50,151 nucleotides of DNA from an uncultured Mycobacteriales bacterium (GTDB lineage Bacteria > Actinomycetota > Actinomycetes > Mycobacteriales > CADCTP01): the NCBI GenBank assembly GCA_902805565.1, contig CADCTP010000001.1, positions 1 through 50,151 of the forward strand. Direction: 5' to 3'. The stretch's first letter is position 1. Each line of letters begins with the position of its first letter. A model generated the notes under the pieces. That model saw only the letters and a list, made by a program, of their open reading frames with translations. It searched no databases and was not told where the DNA came from. Shown in pieces: positions 17,965-25,682 of this stretch. A program made the position numbers and the translations under genes.

Positions 17965-18798
17965 GTGGTCAACGAGGAGATGCGGGACTACTGGGCCGGC
18001 GGCGCGGCGGCGTGGGTCGCCAACGAGCGGATCGTGGACGCGGTGTTCGCGCCGGTGACGGAGGCGGTCCTCGGGGCGGCGGCCCCCGGGCCGGGCGACC
18101 GGCTGCTCGACGTCGGGTGCGGCTCCGGGACGCTGCTGGCCGGGGCGGTGCGGCGGGGCGCGACCGCGGTCGGGGTCGACATCTCGCCCGGGATGGTCGA
18201 GGCGGCCCGATCCCGGGTGCCGGGCGCGACCGTCCTGGTGGCCGACGCGCAGACCGCGGACCTGCCCGGGCCGTTCAGCCGGGTGGTCTCCCGGTTCGGG
18301 GTGATGTTCTTCGCCGACCCGGTCGCCGCCTTCGGCAACCTGCGCCGGGCCGCGGCCGAGGGGGGACGGCTGGCGTTCGCCTGCTGGCGCGGGACGGAGG
18401 AGAACCCGCTGTTCACCATCGGCACCCGGACCCTGGCCGAGCGGCTCGGCCCGGCGGCCGTGCCGCCGGGGCCGGGGGAGCCCGGCCCCACCTCGCTGGC
18501 CGACCCGGACCGGGTGCGCGGCCTGCTGGCCGCGGCCGGCTGGGGCGGGGTCGGGGTGGACGCGCTGGACTTCGAGTGCGACCACCGGATCGACGGCAGC
18601 GACGGCGTGGAGGAGCGGCTCGCCACCGTGCTCGGCACCCGCACCGGCCGGCTCGCCCGCGAGCACCTGGAGCCGGCGCTGGGCCCGGCCGGCTGGGCCG
18701 ACCTGCTCGACGAGGTCCGCGCCGAGCTGCGGGCGCACCGGCCCGACGGCACCGTCCGCTTCCCCGGCGCCGCCTGGCTGGTGACCGCCGGCGGCTAG
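17965..18798 (+). CDS. Class I SAM-dependent methyltransferase
   Basis: LLDVGCGSG, GVDIS, ADA, SRFGVMFF.DP; leaderless TACGAT-N6-GTG. Confidence 0.9.
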   Translation: MVNEEMRDYWAGGAAAWVANERIVDAVFAPVTEAVLGAAAPGPGDRLLDVGCGSGTLLAGAVRRGATAVGVDISPGMVEAARSRVPGATVLVADAQTADLPGPFSRVVSRFGVMFFADPVAAFGNLRRAAAEGGRLAFACWRGTEENPLFTIGTRTLAERLGPAAVPPGPGEPGPTSLADPDRVRGLLAAAGWGGVGVDALDFECDHRIDGSDGVEERLATVLGTRTGRLAREHLEPALGPAGWADLLDEVRAELRAHRPDGTVRFPGAAWLVTAGG

Positions 18799-19703
18799 CT
18801 CGCGACCTCGTCCAGGTGGGCGACCATCTCGCTGACCAGGTCGCGCAGCTCGCGGGTGAGCGCGCGGCCGGTGCCGGCGAGGATGACCGGCACGCCGTAC
18901 TCCGGGGCCGGGCCGTAGACCGCCTTGGAGTCCCGCACGGTGGTCTGGAAGGTCGGCACCCCCAGGCCGGACACCCGGCTGATGTAGGACCGCTGCGACT
19001 CGATGGGCTGGTTGTCGTGCAGCTGGACCATCGTGAACACGACCGCCGCCGGCGGGCGGCCGAGCGGGGCGCCGGGGTCGCCGGCCTCGCCGAGCTGCTC
19101 GTTGTACTCCTGGGCGAAGGCCTGGACCTTCCGCCCGAGCGAGTCGATCCCGTTGATCGACAGGTAGTCCGGCCGGGTCGGGATCAGCAGCATGTCGCTG
19201 GCGGCCACCGCGTTCTTGGCGATCAGCCCGAAGTTCGGCGCGCAGTCGATCAGCGTCACGTCGTAGTCGGCGAACGCCTTCTCCTGCAGCCCCTCCCGCA
19301 GCCGCCGGTGGGCGGCCAGGTAGTGCTCCGGGTCCAGCAGCAGCTGCGCCGCCAGCGCGGTGTCCACCTCGGAGAGGTCCCGGTGCGCGGAGATCAGGTC
19401 CAGAAAACCACCCGTATGGGTGAGGTACGCCGAGACCCGCTCGGGTTTGGCGATCAGCGAGGACATCGAGTCCGGGCCCTCGCCGCGCAACCCCTCGAAC
19501 CAGTTCTTGATCGTCCGGTCCGGGACGAGGTCGGTCTGCCACTCGGCCTGCGTGAAGAACGAGACGGTCAGGCTGGCCTGCGAGTCCAGATCGATGAGCA
19601 GGACTTTCTTTCCTCTGGCGGCCAGGCCGGCACCCAGGTTGGAGGTCAGCGTCGTCTTGCCGACGCCACCCTTGTGGTTGATGACGGAGACGACCTTCAC
19701 CAC
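18795..19703 (-). CDS. Orphan ParA/Soj-family ATPase
   Basis: Deviant Walker A KGGVGKTT, LLIDLDSQ, YDVTLIDCAP; RBS GGAG before GTG 19703. Confidence 0.9.
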   Translation of the reverse strand: MVKVVSVINHKGGVGKTTLTSNLGAGLAARGKKVLLIDLDSQASLTVSFFTQAEWQTDLVPDRTIKNWFEGLRGEGPDSMSSLIAKPERVSAYLTHTGGFLDLISAHRDLSEVDTALAAQLLLDPEHYLAAHRRLREGLQEKAFADYDVTLIDCAPNFGLIAKNAVAASDMLLIPTRPDYLSINGIDSLGRKVQAFAQEYNEQLGEAGDPGAPLGRPPAAVVFTMVQLHDNQPIESQRSYISRVSGLGVPTFQTTVRDSKAVYGPAPEYGVPVILAGTGRALTRELRDLVSEMVAHLDEVAS

Positions 19704-19816
19704 GTTCTCCCTGGTCGGCAGCGAAACGGTCCCAACCTCTTCCGGGCCGTTCCGGGAGCGGGGGACCGAGGCTCGAACAGGATGCCACGGACCGTCGAAG
19801 CGCGGGACACCGGCAG

Positions 19817-20446
19817 TCAGCCCGTCCCCGGCACGGTGACCTCGACCTCGCCGGCGAGCCGGGACGGGGCGGTCAGCACCAGGTCGTCGCCGCTCCAGAA
19901 ACTCCCCGGGTCGTACGAGTTGGGGTGCTGGTGGGCGGGCAGCAGCCCCATCGCCTGGTAGGTGCTGGCCACCACCTCGGCGCAGTACGCGGTCTCCAGG
20001 GCGGCGTCGGAGCGCCGCCGGCGCACCGGCACCCGGCCGGTCAGCCAGCGCGTCGCCATCCGGGTCGTGCTCGGGAACGGGGTGCCGTCCAGCCGGGCGA
20101 TGGTCCGCAGCAGCGCGTCCTCCATCTCCCGGGTGACGTCCGGGTCGAGCTGGCGCAGCCAGGCCCGCTGTCCGTAGCGCCGGGCCCACACGGTCACCGC
20201 CTCCCGGGCGTCGTGCAGCTGCACCCCGCGGTGCCGGTCGCCCGACCACAGGTCCGGCAGCGAGCGGCCCAGCTCGGCGTGCCACATCAGGGCGGGCAGG
20301 TCCTCCAGCGCGACCGTCATCCCGACGTGGTTGACCGGTGCGTTGGTGGAGACCCGGATCGCCCGGTCGGCCACCGAGGACCCGCGGAAGATCCACAGGT
20401 CGCCGGTCCTGGTGACCGCGAGCGCCTCGTCCAGCGTGATCGGCAC
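19817..20446 (-). CDS. Permuted NlpC/P60 (papain-like, YiiX/YaeF-type) protein resembling M. tuberculosis Rv1118c
   Basis: GDLWIFRG, NHVGM (His) upstream of AYCAEVVA (Cys), i.e. the permuted catalytic order. Confidence 0.7.
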   Translation of the reverse strand: MPITLDEALAVTRTGDLWIFRGSSVADRAIRVSTNAPVNHVGMTVALEDLPALMWHAELGRSLPDLWSGDRHRGVQLHDAREAVTVWARRYGQRAWLRQLDPDVTREMEDALLRTIARLDGTPFPSTTRMATRWLTGRVPVRRRRSDAALETAYCAEVVASTYQAMGLLPAHQHPNSYDPGSFWSGDDLVLTAPSRLAGEVEVTVPGTG

Positions 20447-20464
20447 GGGCCGTAGCCTAGGGCG

Positions 20465-20632
20465 GTGAACGTCTGGAAGATGATCGGCATCGCCGGGCTG
20501 GTCGGGGTGGCGGCGACGGGGGCGGTGCTGGCCCGGGCCGAGCGCCGGCGGCGGGCGTACACGCCGGAGGAGATCCGCGCCCGGCTGCACGAGCGCCTCG
20601 CCGAGGCCGAGCGGGCCGCCGCCCCGGTCTAG
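20465..20632 (+). CDS. Small 55-aa membrane-anchored protein (absent from the ORF track)
   Basis: MNVWKMIGIAGLVGVAATGAVLARAERRRRAYTPEEIRARLHERLAEAERAAAPV; high GC3; TAGCCT -10 box 6 nt before GTG. Confidence 0.75.
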   Translation: MNVWKMIGIAGLVGVAATGAVLARAERRRRAYTPEEIRARLHERLAEAERAAAPV

Positions 20633-20677
20633 ACCCGGGCCGCGGCCGGGTTCCCGCGGCGGCGCTGCCGCGGCCGG

Positions 20678-21937
20678 TCAGCCGAGCAGGCCGCCGGCGG
20701 CGTGGATGACCACGCCGGCCAGGGCGCCGACCACGGTGCCGTTGATCCGGATGAACTGCAGGTCCCGGCCGACGGCGAGCTCGACCTTGCGGGCGGTCTC
20801 CACGCCGTCCCAGCGCTCGACGGTGTCGGCGATGGTGCGGGTCAGCTCGTCCCGGTAGTGGGTCACCACGTACCCGGCGGCGTCGGCGACCCAGCCGTCC
20901 ACCCGGGTCCGCAGCGCCTCGTCGGCGTCCAGCTTCCGGCCGAGGTCGGCCAGCGCGGCGGCCAGCCGGGTGCGCAGCTCGCCGTCCGGGTCGTCGACCA
21001 TCTCCAGCAGCATCCGGCGCCCGGCCGAGATCACGTCGCCGAACGCCCGGCGCACCTCGGCGTGCTCCAGCAGCGCGGTGAGCACCCCGGACGCTCGCTG
21101 CACGGTCGCCGGGTCGTGCCGCAGGTCGTCGGCGAACCGGGCCAGCAGCCGGTCCAGCGCCTGCCGGAACTCGTGGTCCGGTTCGGCCCGGATCTCGCCG
21201 GTGACCCGGGTCAGCTCGGCGTACACCCGGGTCGCGACCCGCCGGTCCAGGAAGTCCGGCGACCACACCGGCGCCTGCCGGGCGACGACGTCCACGACCT
21301 GCTCGCGGTTGGCGGTCAGCCAGTCGTCCAGGGCGGTCACGAGCAGGTCGACCAGCCGGTGGTGCGCCTTGTCCGCGACGACCTGGCCGAGCAGCCGGCC
21401 CAGCGTCGGCCCGACCGGCAGCGCGGCGAGCCTGCGCAGCACGACCGGCTCCAGGACCGCGCGGACGTCCTCGTCCCGCAGCACGTCCACCGCGCCGCGC
21501 AGGGCCCGGGCCAGCTCGGCGGTGACCCGCTCGGCGTTGCCCGGCCCGGCCAGCCAGCGGCCGAGCCGGCGCGGCACGTCGGCCTGCCGCAGCCGCTCCC
21601 GGACGACCGGCTCGGACAGGAAGTTGGTGCCGACGAAGTCGGACAGGTTGCGGCCGAGCGCGTCCTTGCGGGTCGGGATGATCGCGGTGTGCGGGATCGG
21701 CAGCCCGAGCGGCCGGCGGAACAGCGCGGTCACCGCGAACCAGTCGGCCAGCCCGCCGACCATCCCGGCCTCCGCGGCCGCCCGCAGGTAGCCGGCCCAC
21801 TCGCCGGCCCCGGACTCCTCGGCCCGCCGGGCCAGCACGTACACCGCGGCGGCCAGCACCAGCAGGGCGGTGGCGCCGACCTTCATCCGGACGAGCCCGC
21901 GCCGGCGCTCGGTGTCCGCCGGGCTCAGCACACTCAC
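20678..21937 (-). CDS. DUF445 family membrane protein
   Basis: AAEAGMVGGLADWFAVTALFRRPLG.PIPHTAII and VGRDLQFIRINGT signatures. Confidence 0.92.
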   Translation of the reverse strand: MSVLSPADTERRRGLVRMKVGATALLVLAAAVYVLARRAEESGAGEWAGYLRAAAEAGMVGGLADWFAVTALFRRPLGLPIPHTAIIPTRKDALGRNLSDFVGTNFLSEPVVRERLRQADVPRRLGRWLAGPGNAERVTAELARALRGAVDVLRDEDVRAVLEPVVLRRLAALPVGPTLGRLLGQVVADKAHHRLVDLLVTALDDWLTANREQVVDVVARQAPVWSPDFLDRRVATRVYAELTRVTGEIRAEPDHEFRQALDRLLARFADDLRHDPATVQRASGVLTALLEHAEVRRAFGDVISAGRRMLLEMVDDPDGELRTRLAAALADLGRKLDADEALRTRVDGWVADAAGYVVTHYRDELTRTIADTVERWDGVETARKVELAVGRDLQFIRINGTVVGALAGVVIHAAGGLLG

Positions 21938-22000
21938 CCGCCGACCGTAGTACGGCCGCTCCGCGCCCCGGCGGACCCCGGTGGCCGTCCCCGGTGACCC

Positions 22001-22077
22001 GGACCGGCGTCCTGGACCGCGGCCCGGACCGGCGGCTAGGACCGGCGGCTAGGACCGGCGGCTAGGACCGGCGGCTA
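22001..22077. repeat. 13-nt tandem repeat GGACCGGCGGCTA x4 plus two degenerate copies
   Basis: Perfect copies at 22026, 22039, 22052 and 22065; degenerate copies at 22001 and 22014. Confidence 0.9.
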
Positions 22078-22106
22078 TGACCGTTGGCCCGGACCGGTGG
22101 GGTCGG

Positions 22107-23258
22107 TCAGGCGACCGCTCCGGCCGCGCGGAGGGCCGCGACCGCGGCGGGGGAGCGGCCCAGCTCGGCCAGCAGCTCGTCGGTGTGCTCGCCGGGGTGC
22201 GGCGGCGGGCGGTCCAGGGTGGCCGGCGTCCGGTCGTACCGGGGGGCCGGCGCGGCCTGCAGCACCCCGTCCACCCGCCGGTACGTCCCCCGCGCCGCCA
22301 GGTGCGGGTGCCCGGCCGCCTCGTCCCAGTCCAGCACCGGCGACACGCAGGCGTCGGTGCCCTCGAACACCGCCGCCCACTCGTCCCGGGTCCGGGTGGC
22401 GAACAGCTCGGCCCAGCGCCGCTTGGCGACCTCCCAGCCGGCCGGGTCGAACCGGCGCTCCGGGGCCAGCTCGCCGGTGGGGTCGGCGCCGGACAGCCGC
22501 AGCAGCTCGGCGTAGAACTTCGGCTCCAGCGCGCCGACCGCGATCTCCCGGCCGTCCGCGCAGGTGTAGACCTCGTAGAACGGGGCGCCGGTGTCCAGCA
22601 GGTTGTGCCCGGGCGGCGCCGACCACAGGCCGGAGTTGCGCAGGCCGTGCACGAAGTTCGTCACCGCGGCCGTGCCGTCCACGATGGCCGCGTCGACCAC
22701 CTGGCCGGTCCCGGTGCGGGCCGCGGCCAGCAGCGCGCCGAGGACGCCGAAGGCGAGCATCATCCCGCCGCCGCCCATGTCGCCGAGCAGGTTCATCGGC
22801 GGCACCGGGCGCTCGCCGGCCCGGCGGGAGCCGTGCAGGGCGCCGGTGAGCGCGATGTAGCCGATGTCGTGCCCGGCCACCGGGGCCAGCGGGCCGTCCT
22901 GGCCCCAGCCGGTCATCCGGCCGTAGACCAGCCGCGGGTTGACCGCGTGGCAGTCGGCCGGGCCGAGCCCGAGGCGCTCGGCGACGCCGGGCCGGAAGCC
23001 CTCCAGCAGCGCGTCCGCCCCGACCACCAGATCGAGCACGACCTGCCGGCCGGCCGGCTGCTTGAGGTCCACGGCGATCGACCGGCGGCCGCGCAGCACC
23101 ACGTCCGGGTGCGGGCCCGGCGGGTGGTCGCGGACGTCGGCGACCCGCTCCACCCGGACCACGTCGGCGCCGGCGTCGGCCAGCATCATCGCCGCGAACG
23201 GCCCGGGGCCGATCCCGGCCAGCTCCACCACCCGTACGCCCGCCAGAGGACCGGTCAC
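22107..23258 (-). CDS. CaiB/BaiF family III CoA-transferase / alpha-methylacyl-CoA racemase
   Basis: PLAGVRVVELAGIGPGPF, EGFRPGV, GWGQDGP, GHDI, NLLGDMGGG. Confidence 0.92.
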   Translation of the reverse strand: MTGPLAGVRVVELAGIGPGPFAAMMLADAGADVVRVERVADVRDHPPGPHPDVVLRGRRSIAVDLKQPAGRQVVLDLVVGADALLEGFRPGVAERLGLGPADCHAVNPRLVYGRMTGWGQDGPLAPVAGHDIGYIALTGALHGSRRAGERPVPPMNLLGDMGGGGMMLAFGVLGALLAAARTGTGQVVDAAIVDGTAAVTNFVHGLRNSGLWSAPPGHNLLDTGAPFYEVYTCADGREIAVGALEPKFYAELLRLSGADPTGELAPERRFDPAGWEVAKRRWAELFATRTRDEWAAVFEGTDACVSPVLDWDEAAGHPHLAARGTYRRVDGVLQAAPAPRYDRTPATLDRPPPHPGEHTDELLAELGRSPAAVAALRAAGAVA

Positions 23259-23281
23259 GACCGCACTGTAGCCAGGGACGG

Positions 23282-23314
23282 CGGAAGGGCCGGTCCCGAG
23301 GACCGGCCCTTCCG
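23282..23314 (-). terminator. Hairpin terminator of the 23330..24076 gene
   Basis: Perfect 15-bp stem CGGAAGGGCCGGTCC / GGACCGGCCCTTCCG with a 3-nt loop. Confidence 0.7.
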
Positions 23315-23329
23315 TCGGACGTGCTGGTG

Positions 23330-24076
23330 TCAGCGGCGGTGCCGGCCCGGGTCGTCCACCGGGACGCCCCGCTCGTCCAGGCGCTGGTCGACCCGGCGGT
23401 CGACCTCGTCCCGGCCGTCGGTGCGCCCGGTCAGCCGCTCCTTCAGGCTCGGCTTCGAGTCGTCGCCGTCGACGCGCTCGCGCAGGCTGCCGTCCGGGCG
23501 CCCGTCGCCGTCGGAGTCCCGGCGGGCGGCGTGCGACCCGCGGTCGTCGCCGTCGAAGCGCTCCCGCAGGCTGCCGTCGGCCCGCCCGTCGCCGTCGGAG
23601 TCCCGCCGCAGGTGGGCGGCACCGTTGTCGGCGTACCCGTCGCCGTCGGAGTCGCGGTCGCCGTCCACCCGCTCGCGCAGGCTGCCGTCCGGGCGCCCGT
23701 CGCCGTCGGAGTCCCGGCGGCCGGTCTCGGCGTCCACCAGCCCCGGCGCCAGCTTGCGCGCCTTGGCCTGCAGCTCGGCGGCCCTGGCGTGCTCCCGGTC
23801 GGCGTCCGCGGCGATCCGGGCCGACTCGCGCTCCTCCTGGGCCATCCGCTGCTCGAGCTCGGCCCGCTCCCGGCGCAGCCGGGCGGCCTGCTCGTCGGCG
23901 GTCGCCCGGGCGCTCTCCGCCCGGGCCTCGCGGATCCGGGCCTCGTTCAGGTGTTCGCGGGCCTGCGCCTCCTTCTTGGCGCGGGCGGCGCCCCGGCTGC
24001 GCGACAGCAGGTAGCCGACCAGGGCCAGTACGGCCAGCACGGCGACGATCAGCAGAATGATCTGCCAGGTGTCCAT
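23330..24076 (-). CDS. Membrane-anchored coiled-coil protein with DSDGDG repeats
   Basis: N-terminal TM helix, charged coiled coil, then 4x DSDGDG, including 3x RRDSDGDGRxDGSLRERxDGD. Confidence 0.8.
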   Translation of the reverse strand: MDTWQIILLIVAVLAVLALVGYLLSRSRGAARAKKEAQAREHLNEARIREARAESARATADEQAARLRRERAELEQRMAQEERESARIAADADREHARAAELQAKARKLAPGLVDAETGRRDSDGDGRPDGSLRERVDGDRDSDGDGYADNGAAHLRRDSDGDGRADGSLRERFDGDDRGSHAARRDSDGDGRPDGSLRERVDGDDSKPSLKERLTGRTDGRDEVDRRVDQRLDERGVPVDDPGRHRR

Positions 24077-24149
24077 CGGTTCGTCCGTCCCAATCTCCCG
24101 ACCCGCATCCTCGGGGAGGAGATACCCACCACCGGGCCCGGTTACCCGG

Positions 24150-24455
24150 TCAGAGGCCGTAGCGCGGGCGCTGGTCGGCCGGGACCAGGTCGGTGTAGTC
24201 CGGGTGCCGGCCGATCCACGACCGGACGAACGGGCACGCCGGCAGCACGGCCAGCCCGCGCTCCCGGGCGGAGTCCAGCGCGTGCCGGACCAGCACCGAG
24301 CCCAGGCCCTTGCCCTCGTACGCGTCGTCGACCTCGGTGTGGGTCAGGGTCAGCTCGTCGCCGCGGAGCCGGTACGCCGCGAAGCCGGCGACCCGCCCGT
24401 CGGCGAGGATCTCGAAGCGGTGCTGCTCGGGCCGGTCCGCGACGGTGGTCTGCAC
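24150..24455 (-). CDS. Small GNAT N-acetyltransferase (YjdJ / Acetyltransf_CG type)
   Basis: HTEVD...GKGLGS.LV...CPFV. Confidence 0.88.
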   Translation of the reverse strand: MQTTVADRPEQHRFEILADGRVAGFAAYRLRGDELTLTHTEVDDAYEGKGLGSVLVRHALDSARERGLAVLPACPFVRSWIGRHPDYTDLVPADQRPRYGL

Positions 24456-24524
24456 GCCTGCCAACCTAGCCCGGCGGCCGGGGCCCGGGCGGGTGCCGGG
24501 CGGCACCCGGCCCGGGCCGGACGG

Positions 24525-24956
24525 TCAGCTCAGCGCCGCGTCCAGGGTGATCGTCGTGCCGGCGAGGGCCTTGCTGACCGGGCAGGTCCGCTCCGCGGTC
24601 GAGGCCAGCTCCGCGAACTTCCCGGCGTCCACGCCCGGCACCGACGCCCGCAGCGTGACCTGGATCCCGGTGATCGCCAGGCCGCCGTCGACCGGCCCGA
24701 GGGTGACCTCGGAGCTGACGTCGATGCTGTCGGCGGTGAGGCCCTCCTTGCCCAGGACGCCGGAGAGGTTCATCGCCAGGCAGGCGGAGTGCGCGGCCGC
24801 GATGAGCTCCTCCGGGCTGGTCTGCCCGTCCGGATTGCCGGCCCGGGCCGGGAAGGACACGTCGAACTGCCCGGCGTTGGACGAGTCCAGCGTGACCTGC
24901 CCCTTGCCGTCCTGCAGCCCGCCGGTCCAGTGGGTGGTCGCGTCCCTGCTCGGCAT
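24525..24956 (-). CDS. osmC: OsmC-family peroxiredoxin
   Basis: W.G.L..GKG, SPEELIAAAHSAC, CPVSKAL; RBS AGGAG. Confidence 0.93.
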   Translation of the reverse strand: MPSRDATTHWTGGLQDGKGQVTLDSSNAGQFDVSFPARAGNPDGQTSPEELIAAAHSACLAMNLSGVLGKEGLTADSIDVSSEVTLGPVDGGLAITGIQVTLRASVPGVDAGKFAELASTAERTCPVSKALAGTTITLDAALS

Positions 24957-25116
24957 ACGTTGCTCCTGTTCGGTGCGGTCCGGCGGCCGCCCGTGCGGCC
25001 GCCGCTGTCCCTCTGGTATCCCCGCGGCGCCGCCCCGAATTCCCCGGGCCGGTGACACCGATCGCCCGGGCCAGCTCGTTTCCCTGCACACAACCGTAGG
25101 TCGGGGAGGTCGGACC

Positions 25117-25515
25117 GTGGCGGCACAGGACTGGACCGGGCCGTGGCAGCAGGCCCCCGCCGGGAAGCCGGCGCTGGCGCACGACTGGGCGCAGGCCGTC
25201 TCGGCGTACGGGGCGGAGGGCACGGTCCGCGCCGAGGTGCAGCTGCACCTGCGCGGGCACCTGGAGACGCTGCACGACGCGCTGCTGGCCGAGCCGCCGG
25301 ACCGGGCGGCCGCGGCCGGGGTCGGGGCGCACCTGGTGGCGCTGGGGCTCGCCCGGCCCGACGTGGTGGAGGTCACGGTGGCCGTCCTGGGCGACCGGCT
25401 GCTGGCCGAGCTCGGCCTGGACGAGGCCACCTTCGCCCAGCCGCTGCACGCCCTGCTCGGCGCGCTCGCCGCCGGCTTCACCCGGGCCCTGCTGGAACCG
25501 GCAGCCCGGGACTGA
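25117..25515 (+). CDS. Hypothetical helical protein resembling the N-terminal domain of actinobacterial PAS-GGDEF-EAL proteins
   Basis: RBS GGAGG; pattern WAQAV...L.DALLAEP...VGAHLV...LLGALAAGF..AL. Confidence 0.55.
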   Translation: MAAQDWTGPWQQAPAGKPALAHDWAQAVSAYGAEGTVRAEVQLHLRGHLETLHDALLAEPPDRAAAAGVGAHLVALGLARPDVVEVTVAVLGDRLLAELGLDEATFAQPLHALLGALAAGFTRALLEPAARD

Positions 25516-25682
25516 CCGCCGCCGGCCGCCCCGCCGTCCCGCGCCGCCCTCCCGGGCCCGCCCGCCCGCGCCCGCCCGCCGGGACCGACCGCCGGGCCGC
25601 CCGCCCGGGACCGGGCATCGGCCGCGGCACGGAAAAGCCGGTGGCGGAATCCGGCCCCCGACGGCATCGTTGGACATCCCGT

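Noticed and set aside
19704-20396. Long N-terminal extension on ParA
   Set aside because: Off-frame overlap with the NlpC/P60-like gene; ParA has its own RBS and GTG at 19703.
22001-22077. Possible CRISPR array
   Set aside because: The 13-nt units are contiguous with no spacers, and there are no cas genes.
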